A stretch of 64,000 bases of DNA, from the NCBI GenBank assembly GCA_036172245.1, contig JAYWIR010000030.1:186001-250000 (forward strand), given 5' to 3'. Position 1 is the stretch's first letter. Each line of letters begins with the position of its first letter. Shown here one piece after another: positions 49,643 through 63,026 of this stretch. The stretch is from Raillietiella orientalis. Taxonomy: Eukaryota. Below the pieces are notes generated by a model. That model was not told where the DNA came from, ran no database searches, and saw only the letters and a list, made by a program, of their open reading frames with translations. The position numbers were made by a program, and so were the translations under genes.

Positions 49643-52600
49643 CCGCCGATGCTTCCGCACGCTATCGGGCGCGCAGGCAGCAGCCGGGTCGCCTTCCGTG
49701 ACCACCAGGGACGCTCCCGCGCAGCATCGCCCTCCTGCTTTATCCCCCTTCCCCTCTGGTCCCTCCTCTTCTCTCCGGAAGCAGGACGGAAGGATTCGGC
49801 TGCCGGGAAACGGGTCCAGAAGAAGGGCGATCCTGCAGGGTCGAGTCCGCAGCAGTCCTTCCCGCTCCTCGGGCAGCTCCCGTGAACATCTCCCGGGAGA
49901 CGAAGGGGAGAAGGGCGGCGGACGGGGCGAAAGGAGGGGAGCGAGGCGCCGCAGGATGAGAGAATGGGCGAGGGGAAGGAGAATTCCGACCTCCCCAAGG
50001 AGTGAAGGGGAACGCCGTCCCTATTCGCAGGAGCGTGAGGGCCCACTCCGGGAGGATTCCCAGCGAGGGGGTGCTTTCGAGATTGTTCTCACCTCCTGCC
50101 CTCCGGCCCCCCATCGGGAGGCGGACGATCGGGAGGTGACGCCCCTGGGAGAGAGAGTTCGACGGTCCCGGAAGCGTCCCGGGAGAATGAAACCTCCGAG
50201 GTTTCCGACCGAGCTTTCCCCTCTCGGTCTCACTTCACTCGCCCTGTGGGGTCCAGGTCCTGTTCCCCCCCTCCCCCGGAGGTCGCTCCTCGTCCCTGAG
50301 CAGCACCCGAGGACGATCGGAAGGTGCCAACGGGGTGCTTCCAAGACCTCCAAGAGAGGCGCCCATCGGGCGCGCGCGCGCAAGAAAGGTCAGGGTAACC
50401 CTTGGAGCGCCGGTCCGGAGGCTCCTCGTTCCTCGTGGTGCCATCGGACGCTCCTCAGAGCTGCTACGCGGGAGTCGGCGGAAGTTTTTCGCCTCGCCGG
50501 AGGGGTCCACGGGAGGGGGGGAGTAAAGGGGAAAGGTGCGGGAACGACCCTCGCCGGGCTTCTCGATCCACCCTACGGAGCTCAGGGACAGGGGATTCCG
50601 GGAAAAAAAGGGCAACCCCGAGGGGGGGAGGCGTAGGGATTCTTCCCTTTCATCCCGGGATTTCCCCTTCTTCGTCGGCGCGTAGGGGAGAATAGGGGCA
50701 CGGAGGAGGACCCTAGGCCACCTGGAGCCTCTTCGGCCTGCCCGCAAGCCTTCTCTTCCTCCCCCCCTTCCCCTGCCAATCTTCCCGGGGATAGTGCCTG
50801 TTCGCCGTCGCCATGACCACGCGTGCCACCTGGCATCCGGGAGAGCAGTAACCGGGCATACCCCCTGCCCCTTCCTCCCGTCCCTACGAGGGCCGTTCCG
50901 CCGCTAGCGAACTAGGAAGGCGCGGAGCCCATTGCCACGGAAACCGCATCCTCCCTTTTCAACCCCCCCCTCCACCTCCCTTCACTACCTTTCGAAAGGA
51001 GGCTGCGGAGGTCTTTCTGGCATAGCCGGCGCGTGCGAGCCTCGATCCATACCCGGGGTCTGCGCGCGCGTAGATGGGGGATCTTCCGGGAGGGGGAGGT
51101 GGCCTGCCCTCGTCCACGGCTTGGGAGGGGCGGACTAGCGACCTGGGTCTCTCCGCCTCGCAGGCGGAGGATCCTCCCACCCTTCCCTCCCCCTCGGCCC
51201 TCCTCGGGACCTCCCTCCCCCGCGTAGGCGCGCAACGGGTGATCTAAAGAGAGCGGGAGGGGCAGGGGAGGAGTCCAGCCCCTCGAGGAAGAAGGGAGCA
51301 AGAAAAGGGGGCAGAAGAGCCCCCGCCGGCCCACACGCGTCGTCGTCTCGGCACGGTCAGGTCGCGCACAGCCACCGCGGGCATGAGAGAGGTCTTCCGG
51401 AAGGGAAGACGTCGCGACCCCGGGAGAACTGACCTTCCCTGCCTCTGGCATCCGCTCCTCCCTCGCGTCTGCACTGGGGGCGGGACATCCACTCCTGCCG
51501 CCACTCTAGCCCCTTCGACTGCGCTCCGCCGGGAGCAGGTGCGTACCCAGCGGGAAAATGCGAGGCCGTCGCCCTTGGAAACCGCGCCCGACCCGACGGC
51601 GGCGGCTATCTTCCTTTCTCCGCCCTGTCCCTCTCGTACTCTCTCCCTCTCCGTCCCTCCCTCCTCCCCCCATCGATGCCCAGGGTCCACCGCGAGGGAA
51701 CCCTCCGCACCGCCATCAGTCTCCGGCGTGAGTCACCACAGCAACGGTTTCGACGCCGGAGGAAGAGGGGCAGGGGAAGGGAGAGGAGGAAGAGACCCCT
51801 CGCGACCAGAGAAGGTCGGGCAAGGGGCGCTGTGGGCCCGAAAGGGGGGGAGGGTGAGGCAGGCGAACCGACGCCCTCACCCCTCTCCCATCGGAGCCTC
51901 CAACAGCTGGGGGAGAGGGAAGGATGCCGGTGGAGGGATGACCTCTACGGTGGTCACTCCAGTTGCCTGTGTACCGCGTTCTCGAACGATCGCCGATGGG
52001 GGGCGCGCCTGCAGCCTCGCGAGGAGGTTGCTTGGAAAGTGAGGGTGGCGAACCAGCGGAGTGGCGTACGGCCCGGCAAGGGAGAGATAGGTTCCACTAA
52101 CTCGTGCCCTCGTCGCCCTGCGTCGTATCACCCCTGCCCTCCGGGGCATACGGAGCGACGTGGGCCGGATTTCCCGAGGCGCCAATCCTCCCCCTCCCCG
52201 ACCTCCCCTCTGTGACCCCCACCCTCGTCCCCCTGCCTGCCCGCGGGCGCACCCTCGCTGGCAGACGCTCTCCCGCCGCCGGCGCCGGCGCTCGAGGCCG
52301 GCTGAGCGCCCCGGCGGGGTCGTCGCACTTCCCACGCATCCCGCAGCTCGAACCCGCGGGCGGGGAGGAGGGGAGCGGGCTGAGCGCGACCGCCGCCGCC
52401 GCTGCCTTGAGGACCGGCCCGCGGGAAGGCGGGGCCCGGCCGGCAGCCGCCTCCCGTGCGGGCGGCGAGGGCGAGCGGGGACAGCTGGAGGGGTCGGACG
52501 GGCGCCAGGCCGTTGACCTGCAATGACCCTCCCTCTCTCTCGCGCGCGCGCCGCACTACGGCGCGTCAGGGGAGGCGCCACTCCACGCCCCTTGCCTGGA

Positions 52601-53799
52601 GGAGGAGCGCGAGCGCGTCTCTGCTCCGCGTTGGAAACCCTCGGGACGAGGCCCTCCCGCGCGCCACAGGAGGCTGGACCGGGAGGGGGGAGGCGGTCGC
52701 GCGGTCTAATGAGGCACCCGAAGGGCGTTGCCCTCGGGGTCGACCGCCACAGGCGGAGCCGCCATCCACCCGAAGGGATCACTCCGCCGCCCCCCCCCCC
52801 CCCGTTCTGCCCGGTTTCGCACCTGCCACCTTGCGGGTCCTACCCTCCCGTCCGCTGCCGGTGGATGCGCGCTGCTGACCCTCGGGTACGGGCGCGCCCC
52901 TGGCGCCGGATTTCGAGTGCCTTGGGAAAGCGCAGAGCCCCATCCCGGACGCACGAGGAGGGAGGCAGGCGCGCCTCACCTGACGTCCCCTGCGTACGAA
53001 GTCTGCTTCTTCAGAGATGACCGCCGCAAATGGTCAATTCTCGCGATCCCTTGAGTCTGGAAACAGCTGATGGGTCCAATCGTCTGAATGCATGCGACCT
53101 CCTCCGTCCTCCGCTCCCTCGCCCGTGAAGGGAAAGGTACGGAAGGACTTCGTGGCGCTTCCAGGGAAAGCATTTCTCTGGAGGAAGCTGGAAGAGGGGA
53201 GGCTTCCGCGCCAGGGGCCTGAAGGGGTCAGGGGAGAAGGCCAGCCGTCCGATCTTCCTCTGAACTTTAGTGTTCGTTAGGTCTCGATGCAGGAGGAGCA
53301 GGTGAGGATACTCGTGGGGACAACCGAAATCCCCTGGGCAGGGAGCGCGCTTTCGCCGCGGGTCACGAAGGTGATGGTGGCCATCATCGCCGTAAGATGG
53401 CAAGCGAGGCGTTTTCGCGGAGGGGGTTCTCACGGGCACCATCCCGGTGGTTCCCTGGAAAGCAGCCCGGTTCAGAGAAGGAGGAGGAGGCACAGGACGA
53501 CGGGAAAGGGGAAAGGCAGGGATCCCCTCGAAGGGTTCAGGGCGTGATCGAAGGAACGGGAAGTGCGTGAGAGTGATCTAGAAACCGTTCGCCGGACTAC
53601 CGCGAGATGCCACCGCCTGGATTGCGGCGCAGAGTTGCTGGCTGCCTCTGAGCGAAAGGTGGGGGAGGAAGAACGCGTGCGACCCGCAGGTCGTCCCCTC
53701 GAGCCCGCCCCTGCTCCCCTTTCCCTCCGGAACCTTCCACGCTTATCCCTGGATCGGGGAATGAGGACGGCGACGGAGGCGGAAGGAAGATGATGGAGA

Positions 53800-54834
53800 C
53801 GGTTCCATCCCAGACGGCGGCGGGTGGGTGGCTGCGGCTCTCGGAGGTCGGCGCGGCGGCGGTGCGTCGATGCATCCCCGCGAGCGCGTCTCCTCCTCCT
53901 CCTCCCCCGCCGCCGCGCGTGCTCGAGCGCTCCTCGGAGAGAGACCGGTAGTTTCTCCGCGAGGAGGCCAACCTGCAGCTGTGAGGAGTGCATGCGTGCG
54001 CGGACGCGCACGCCTTTTTGTTTTGGCGCCAAGAAAAGCGCATCCCCCGATCTTGGAAAGCGTAGCACCACCGCCGCCGCCGCCGCCGCTTCCTGCCCCC
54101 TCCTGCCCGCGCTCCCCCTTTGCTGCCCTGCCTGACTCCGCTGCCGCGGCGACTCCTCCCCTCTCCCTCCTTCCCGCTCCGTCGTCGTCGTCGTCGTCGT
54201 CGGCCGCGGCGGCGGCGGTGGCTGCGTGCCTCCGCGCGCGTGCGCGCTCTCCAAGTTGCTGCGGTCGCAGGTGAAGCCGCGCGGCGAGAGGTGAGGAGGC
54301 TGGTGAAAGGCTTCCCCGCCGCGGCGACGCATAGCTCCCGGCTCCAAAGAGCGCCCGCTGCTCACACACACAGCGTACGCGGATCAGAGACGGATCTCGC
54401 GCGATCGGCAGCACCGTGCGGGCGGCTGCGAACGGCCGAAACCGATCCAGGGACGAAGGAGGGAGGAGGAAAGGAGGCAGGTGGAGCAGGCACCGCGGGC
54501 CCGCGAGTACCCCGCCTGCCCGAGCTCCTCTCGCTGCTTCTGCTGCTGATCCTTCCCGCCCTCCTTTCCCGCTGCTGCAGAGACCCCTGCGGCGGAAGAG
54601 GAACGAGAAGCATCCCGGGCTGCTGCCCCCTAGCCCTTGCTCCCGCGCGTCGCGAGACCGCCGCGGCAGGGCGAGAGTGAGCGAGCAGGCGACTCACGTG
54701 AGGAGTGCGAACGAGCCCGGAGGAACCAGGCAAAAGGGAGCAGCAGCAAGAAGGAAAGAAAGAAGGAAGGAAGAAGGGAGGAAGGCGCGCAAGAGGCGCG
54801 GAGAGCGCAGTTCCCAGCGCGAAGCCCCGCCAGC
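53800..54834 (+). promoter_or_regulatory. CpG-rich promoter / 5' leader region of the putative CrebA-like gene
   Basis: Very GC/CpG-rich with (CCG)n and (GTC)n runs; palindromic E2F-type TTGGCGCCAA at 54023-54032; CTCACGTGAG palindrome at 54693-54702; ATG-free from 53995 to the start codon. TSS not located. Confidence 0.45.
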
Positions 54835-54942
54835 ATGTCTCTGGGCGTCGGGGATCCGTTCGTCAGCTTCTCGGACAAGTCATACTTCGAGATCAGCGAA
54901 CAGGACATCAAGGAAATGTGGGAAAACGACACGCTCAACATG
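54835..54942 (+). CDS. Probable first coding exon (MSLGVGDPFVSFSDKSYFEISEQDIKEMWENDTLNM), resembling the N-terminus of arthropod CrebA / CREB3L-type bZIP factors; the rest of the gene would lie beyond the window
   Basis: ATG has A at -3, and the exon ends in a consensus donor ATG|GTGAGT (phase 0). The acidic peptide stands out from the surrounding low-complexity DNA. YFEISEQDIKEMWE recalls the CrebA N-terminal pattern (Drosophila MEFYDGDLKDIWDSDL, from memory). The preceding 840 nt (53995-54834) contain no + strand ATG. No second exon was found. Exon status is more certain than gene identity. Confidence 0.6.
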
Positions 54943-55335
54943 GTGAGTCCCTCTTGATATCTTTGTTCGACCCCGGGAAGAGGGAAAGCAGAAAGGGAGG
55001 GAGGGAGTTCCCCGCCGGCCAACCCGCTCCCTCCCCATCTCCCTAGCCGCCTCCTTCCATCCGCCCACACGTCTTTGGTATCTCCCTTCGGACGGGTAGG
55101 GGGGAAGGAAAGCAGCTCTTCTTGCTTTCCCTGCGATTCTCCCTTGCAGGCGATGCAGGGGGAGGGCGAGGGAGGGAGGCGGGTGGAAGAACCCTGTCCA
55201 CAGCCACCACCACGCCCCCGGTCTCTCTGTTTTCCCTTTTTCGGCCTAGCGCGGATGTCGCGGTCTGTCTTCTGTCTGCTCGAGGCGCTGGATGCGGTGT
55301 CCCGCTTCACCCCGCCGGGAACGGGAAGTGAGGGA

Positions 55336-55374
55336 AGGAGGAGGAGGAGGAGGAGGAGGAGGAGGAGGAGGAGG
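55336..55374. repeat. (AGG)n microsatellite
   Basis: Directly visible, about 13 units. Confidence 0.95.
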
Positions 55375-58300
55375 TGAGGAAAGGGACAAGGAAGACAGTG
55401 CCCTCGAGGATCTGTCGAGCACGCAGAGATGGCGCACACGAGAAAACCGCGAGCGAGGGAGAAGAGCGAAACAGAAAGCGACCTCCACCATCGGCAAGCA
55501 GCACTTTTTTGGCTATGCGTTGCCATCGCTACCACTTGCCGACGACGAGTGAGGGGGGGGGGGAGGTTTCGCATTGTTGCGGTCGCGCATGCGTTCTGCG
55601 ACGCCGGCCATCGCCGCCTCCGTCGCGTGTTCGGCGTGGACCGACCGGCAGTCGTTGCGTCCCGTCCATCAGCGTGTGCCTCCTCATGCGGGCCCCCTTG
55701 CCCTTCCTGCCGCTCCTGCCGCCTCAAGGAGAAGGAGAGAGAGGGAGAGGGAAAAAAAAAAAAAAACAGGAAAAACAAAAACAAGAAAGACACGTGTGAA
55801 CGCGCACAGCTTCTCTCCCCTCCCCACTCCCCGCTTCCCCTCCTTTCTGGCGCTGTGCTTCCTCGGCGACCGCAAAACGTGGTAGGGGCCAGAGGGCTTT
55901 TTTCTGCTGGAATCACCTTTTTCTACCACGGATTCTGCATCATAGATCTGCTACGTTCTCAGCCACAACCTCCCTCTCCCTCTCTCTCCCTGCTTCCCGA
56001 TGCATGTGCGTGCGTATTCTCTCCCTGTGCGTCGCCCGACGCTGTGATCGGGACGTTTTCTGTTTTCCGTTGATGCCGCTGTCCCGCCCCCCCCCCCCGC
56101 TTCCTCCTCCTCCTCCCCCCCACTTTTTTTTTCCGCTCTGTTTCCAGCGGACGGCGGCGCCCCTTCTCCGGGAAGCGGATGCTGCGACGGTCGCTTCCCT
56201 TCCTCCAGGGTGCGGCGACCCTCCGGAATTGGTGGCGGCGGGGAGATCGGGCGGAGGGGCGCCGGCGATCTCCGGCGACAAACGCAGGTCGTGCATGCGC
56301 GCGCGCTTCGGCAGCCTCCGAATGCGCTCCCGAGGATCGGGGTCACGTGATCCGGTCTGGCGCCCGACGAGCGCGTGGGCCTTCGGCTGCTGCCGCCGCC
56401 GCCGTCGCCGCTGCTTTTCCTGAAATGCGCGAAAGCGCGCGCGACGCAGCGGAGACTGCTGTGGGCGCAAGGCTCCGTCTGCGGGCGGGGGATGGAGAGA
56501 GGGCGCGCGGAGACGGCGCGAGGGGATTCCGCAGCAGGGGCTCGCGAGCGCTGATGGATGGAGGTAGGAAGCCTTAGAGGGAGGGTAGTGGTCAGCAGCG
56601 GTGGTACCGCCCCCATCCTCCTCCCTTTCTCGCACCAGCGTCTTCCCGTCTCGCCTCTCTCCGTGAGCGCTTTTGATGCTCGGAGGAGGTTTCCCTGGTG
56701 CCCATCCGATCCCCGCCTCCTTTTCGCGCGCCGCTTCTCTCTCCGCAATGCCTCCCCTCCCCCCTTCCACTGTGAGGTCCGATGTTTCCGTTGATCCGGC
56801 GCGCGCGCTCGCCCGGCTCGCAGAGGGCTCGCAGGTCGCAAACGCGACACCGTCCGGTCCATCGGGGAGGAGGGAGAAGCGCATCCCAGCCGTAGTACCG
56901 GCCATCGGTCCTCGTTGTCCCGGCAAATAGCCGTTTCTATCTCCCCCGGGAGGTCCTTCTGTTCCTCCTCCCAGTCGCCCGTAGCTGTGACCTCGATAGC
57001 CCTCCGGCCTATGGCGGAAACCCTGCATGCAATTCTCGAAAACAGCGTGTCATCCAGAAGTGTGGGTGCGGGGGGGGTGGGGGTGCGGTGGCGCCCCTGT
57101 GGACCTTTCTTCCCCTCCCGTGGAAGCCGCCGGGCATTGGCGTTGCTGCAGAGCCTCGTCCGGAGCAGTCGTCCTCCGGAGCAGAGCTTCAAGCCTCCCC
57201 CCACCCCCTCGGAGTCCAGGCAGTGTCACACAGAGTCAGATGGAAAGGGAGCGCGCGGAAGGTGTCCGTTCGCCTCGGCCCACCCTCCTAGCCGTATTCT
57301 CCTTGGCAACGGCAGCAAGCCGTCACGGAGGCAATAAGGTGGGGTGTCCGAGACGCTATCAAGCAGGCTATGTCCCCGAAGACGAGAGTCCTCCTCCGGC
57401 CCTCGTCCCTTCCTTTCCCGGAAGCCTGCCCTCCTGAGGGCGGCCCTTCTGTTCTATCCCCTTCTAGCCCCCTCCTCGGAAAGGAAGGAGGGCCATACGA
57501 CCTCAAGTACGAAGAGGACAACGCCCACTCTTGGCGCTTGTTCTGGAAGGTGACGCCAAGAGCATCCACGTGGGTGCCATCTCCCCCTCAGGGGCCTCCG
57601 GCCCCGGGAACGGCAGGATGGGTTCCCGGAAGCAAGAGGTGGGCCATCCTTAAGGACGGAAGGCAGCGCACGCGGACGTTTCTCTCGCTCAGGCTCTCGC
57701 TCTCCCCCCCCCCCCCCAGGTGCAGAGTGCTTCCGATCGAGCAACCAGGGCGACATCTAGGAAGAGCGCGGAGAGGTGGACGAAAAGGCAGGGGTCAGAG
57801 GGAGGGGGAGGATGAGCTAGGGATGTCTTCTCCCCGAAGAGGGGGACCAAGTGCGACAGGGGGAGGGGAGGGGGTAGTACATTGAGTGTGTGAAAACGAT
57901 GTCTGGTCTCGGTTGCCTCTCGACGTGTGGCTTCCGCGTTGTCACGGCAGCGCTAGGAGGGGGTAGGCGGGTGGAAGGGGAGGAGGAGCAAAGCAGCGGT
58001 GAAACCGGATCGGCCCTGCCTGCTGACCTTTTGACACCCGAGGTCGGATTTTTTCCGAAGCTGCCCCACCACTCCGCCCGAGAGACCCCCCCTCGTTCCC
58101 TTTGTGGGTGCCTTGGATGCTCGGCGCACGCGGACGAGGCGTGGCGCCGAGGAATTCCAACAGCCCGCGGGTCCGTGCGGCGGCGGAGGAGGAAAAGCAA
58201 AAAGAAGGGAGGGGAGGGGAAGGACCGCCGGGTCGGACCTGGCCCAGAGGGAAGAAGTCGGAAGGCGGACGCGGATGGAAAAGGGAGCCCAGAGCCAGAG

Positions 58301-61300
58301 GCAAAACCGGCCCGTTCCTTCCGGGGAAGACACGCCAAGGAAGGAAGGAGGGAACGACGTGTCTCGTAGTTGCTCCCTGCGACGGTGGGAGGATGACCGC
58401 CCCCGCCTTCGCCCCGATCCGTTATCCTACAGCTCGTTTTTCGCCCCCCTCCGTCTCTGGACCTCTGCCTCGCACCGTAGGAGCGAGTCACAGGCGCTTC
58501 GCCCTACTCCCGCCCCCTCTTCCTGGAGGACCGCTGGGCGGAGAGCCCGCCGACTCCGAACGGCGGGGGGCCGCACTCTTCCCGGGCGTGCTGACCATAA
58601 GCGAGCGACTCAGCCTTGAACTCTTCGCTCGAGTTCGCATCGTTCGCTTCCTGCGAGGGTTCGCACTCTTCGGACGCGCTTCTGGTCAGCGGTAGCGGGT
58701 GCCTTCAGCCCGCTGCAGCTGACGTCACCGACCTGAAGGACGTCGAAGGAAAGGGAGGAGGAGGAGGAGGGGGGGGGAAGGAATTGAATGTGGTGATGGC
58801 GGTGCCGCCATCTTCGTCTTCGGAAGGTTCGCGCGCCATCCCGGAAGGGAAGCAAAGGCTGGGGAGAGGAAGGGGGACTTGTATCTCCCCAACGCCCGCG
58901 TGCAGCAACCTCTCAGGTGAGCCACCTGCGTCCTCCTCCTCGCGTCTTTGCTCTTCCGGAGACTAACAAAAACCACGTGGTGTGCCTCCTCCCCTTCCCC
59001 CTTCCCTCTGGGCCGTGCCCCGCGGAATACGTCCTTCCGGGTAAGCAAGTAGCCGCGTCCGCATCCTCATCCGGGGAGATATCGGCGTAAGGCGCTGCCG
59101 CCGCGGAATGCAAGATGGCAGCCGCCGCGACGCGCGGGCTCCGGCCACAGAGGGTTACGACGCTCTAGGTGACACGGCTGGCGAGTCTGCCCCTTGGCCT
59201 TCCCGAACGTTGCTGGGAGGCGCGTCGGAGCGTGATCCGTACCGACCGGAAACGCCGTGGGAGCAGGTCCAGAAAGGAGGAGGAGGCACACAGAGAGAGA
59301 GCGAAAGAGAAAGCATCAGCAAGCTGCCGCGGCTTGCCAGCAGCGGCGCAGTCGTCTCGAGTACCTGGACCGCATCCCATTCGGCAGCGCTCGTCCTTCC
59401 TGAATGAATGGCAGCATCCCTCCCCCTTTCCCCGTGCGCGCGTCCGACGGTCATTCTTCGTCGGGGCCGTGCTAACGAGCACAGCGCACAGATCTCACGC
59501 CGACGCTGTGCCTCCCGTGTTCCGGAACCCGCTTTTCTGCTCCCAAGCGGGTTCATCGTCACCGCTTATCGCCCCTCTGCTCATCCTGATGCGAAATCCG
59601 GTGTGCCGGTGCTCCCGGAGGAAAGGGGGTCGCGCCAATTCGTATTTTCGACCGCGGACAATCCCGCGAAAAAGCGTCCCGGATGCGTGTGTGCGTGTTG
59701 GCGAAGAGGGGTGCGATCCGGGTGGAGGATTGTGGGTTTCAAGGAGCTCGCTGCTTTCGCACGTGAGTAACCCGTCACGAATGGTCACATGACCACGCGC
59801 ATGAAATCGGATCGCTTGGCCTGGCAACATGGAGCTACGAGGCTTCTGCCGGCACGTCCTCTCACCGCGTCCACGAGCCAATGGGAAAAGAGTCGATGAT
59901 TTTGGCTCGCATCTCATCTTTTAAGTGAAGGCGAGATCGACGTTTCGTTCGTGGAATGCAAAATCTAAAAAACGAGAATCGCATGCGTTCTCTCCCCTCC
60001 CCCCTTCGGGCTCCGCCATACTCGTTAACTCGTGTGTAATGCAAACAGGTGCTCATGGAAGTGACCTGTATTTTCCGTTTCTTCGGAAGAGAAACTCTCG
60101 TCCGGCAGCATCCGCTTATCGTCCGCCCAAGTCATTCACAGATTTTCGTCGGTCCGTCTCTCCTGCTACCTTTGCCACACCGCTAGCTATAGGAAGGCAT
60201 TGTGTCATTTGCTACGCTCCTGTGGTTCCTCTCGCCAGCAGAGTGTTTTCGCAGCTTTGGTCCGGAGTGTTTTTCTGCATCCTTGATTCAGCAAACACTC
60301 CGAACGATTTCATGCACTTGCAACATCACCTCGGAGCTTCGCAGGCGAGCATAACAGTTCTCCAAGGCAAGAAGAGGGCAAATCCGTGCTGGCGACTTTC
60401 GCGTCCCGGTCAGGTTGCCGTCCCGACCGGGACACGAAGATGAGATGAGATGAGAGGATGGAGTCGGTGCGCAGCGGCACAGGTGATCTCATGAGCGCGC
60501 TCGCTGCGTGCCATTAAATATTCATGGCGCACAAGAACACTCCTTGCCAACTGCAGAAGTAGTTTGTGTAAGTGCTTGGGTTTCCCAGTGTGGCCGCATT
60601 ATTGACCATCAAGCCTCATACATCCAACACTGATAAATAGCAGCCATTTTTACTGCCAAGCGTGCGTTCGTCGACATAAGCTCCTCCTCGAGAGCAAGCA
60701 GTAACATAGAGATACAACCTTTTGCGTGTAACCAAGTGGGAGGAGCACTAAAAAAAAAAAAGAGAGAGAAAAAAAAAGGAAAAAAACTGTTACTTTACAA
60801 ACAGTTGCAGAATCTCGCGGACGTGTGCCCATTATGTAGCGCGACACTCGAAATTTCCAGTGTCGCACACGCGTTGCCTTCCAAAGTGTAGACGCGTTGT
60901 CCGGGTTTCGGTGGCTCGCGAGCAACGCGCATTGTTGGGAAGGAGGGGGGGGGGGGAAGGCTTATTTAATGGGTCACGAACACGTTACCATGAGCACGCC
61001 ACCATTAGGAAACATCTGCATATAGTGTTGCTTCTCGGCTGCACTGCAGATGAAAGCGTAAGAAACCGTCGGAGATGCCTTCACACGATTACCACCAGTA
61101 AATCGGGTTGCCTTGATTCCATCTGAATTCCGTTAGTGGACGATCGCGCAATTACATTGTGTGTTGTGCCACGTTATTTATGCTTCGCTAGAGGTGGGTA
61201 AATAGCGCGAGCGGAGACGGGTCCGATGAGCTCCTGTCTCCTGGTTCTGGCTTCCAGCGGATCAGCCCCCCTTTTGAAAAGTGGGAAGCACACGCGCATC

Positions 61301-62969
61301 CGTTGCCCAAGTTCGACTTTCTCGATCGAATTAGAGAGGAGAGGAAAGGTTTCCGGAATAGTCGGACATTTTTCTTTCAGTATGCCAAAGCCATTCAACC
61401 ATCGCCAAGTTGAACGGCAACTTTCGAAGCCGTGCCGTTTGTTGGGAAAGAATGGAACCACGCCGCACGAAATGGTTCTGGCTGCACCACAAGTGAGGCA
61501 ACCCTGCCCACCGAAATCGTACACGCCATCTTCATTGCTTTGGTTCCCACCCCGGATGTCACTCGTGGTGGTGGTGGTGGTGGTGATGCGCGCGCGTGTT
61601 GCTCCGCGACCCGGCTCCTCGCAGACTCTCGTGCGTACGTCGCTCTGGACCCGAACGGCTGTCCCACACGCTTACCACACCATCCTCCTGCCTTCTTTGT
61701 TTACGCGCAACATAATAAAAAGTTCTCCAAGTACGCTCTTAAGGCTTTCATTTTGCTTGACGATAGGCGTTTTCCAGGTTTGGGATTGGGAATTTATAAT
61801 TCACACGGTCCATGCCCGTAACTGCTGTTTATTATTTGGAAGGCATCTGCACCTGTTGAAGCAAATCGTTTGCCGTGGAAGGACGAAAGGTGCTCTTGCA
61901 CGCTGACGCAGGTCTTCCACGGGTCGAAATAGGAGTCAGTTTGAGTGGGAACGCCTGCCTTCAAACGTCTGAATTTCACGTGCCCTGAGATCACAACTCA
62001 AAGGGACGCCGTTCCTTTTTTTTTTTTTTTGAAGGGAAAAAAAAAAAAAAAACAATGCTAAGGGAATCCGGCTAAATTAAAAGACGTGCATGTGTTTTGT
62101 ACTATTAGATTATTTAGACATTTTACATTTTGTTTCAGCAAACTAGTATACAGTGTAGTAATATTTCCTCTCCGTCGAATTCGGCTCAAAAGGCAAAATG
62201 TGTTGGGGTATAATCGGATTTTTGTAGCCTTCACCTGTGCTGTTCGTCTTGACTTCCAAACATTCGGTGCAAAAAAAAAAAAAAAAGAAGAAGAAGAAGA
62301 AGAAAGAAAAGAAAAAGAAAACCGAAAGAATTTCCAAGTGCATCCAATTACAGTTATAAATTCAAAAACCATATGATTTATTGGCTGAAAGATAAGCAAT
62401 GCCATTAGTAATCTGGTAAAGCCATAAGCTACAACCTCAGACGTTTTAAGATCTTCGGTCGTTCATCGTTATATCAAAATGCATATTTGCCTTAATTACG
62501 ATTCCACTTACCGTGCATGGGAGAGACCCGCTCGAAATCGGCACATGCCTCAGCTATTTGTGCTCCGAAGACCTCTGGAGCTCTAAGCAAGAGCTTTGTG
62601 CCATTTCCGCGAAAGCCCCGATTTTCCTCCGAGACCATCACCGTCAGCCTGAATGCCCATCCCAGGAGCGGGATCCTCTGGTTTCCATGCCCAGGAGTCA
62701 AAGAAGGCGGAAGTAGGAGGTTGGTGTCCCTTCGACCGTACCCGGGGTGCTCTGGCGCCGTTGAGGATGCCCCATCCGATCGCCTCCAGCCGGTTCGCAA
62801 CTGTGGATCCGAGTGATGTTTGGAAACGCAGAGGGGGAGCGAACCAAAACAAGAAGTGGACTTTGGTGTTTATATAGATGCTAAACAACAGCATCATTTG
62901 CCTGGGCGGTTTACGATATTTTGGATACAATCTTTTCTTTATTGTCGTACTTTCTGTCCTTAAATCATT

Positions 62970-62972
<3 letters not shown>

Positions 62973-63000
<28 letters not shown>

Positions 63001-63026
63001 AAGTGTGTAAGTGTGTGTGTGTGTGT
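62973..63026. repeat. Interrupted (GT)n microsatellite
   Basis: Directly visible. Confidence 0.95.

Noticed and set aside
62504..62820. Minus-strand exon ending in a GTAAGT donor
   Set aside because: No recognisable peptide in any frame and no partner exon.
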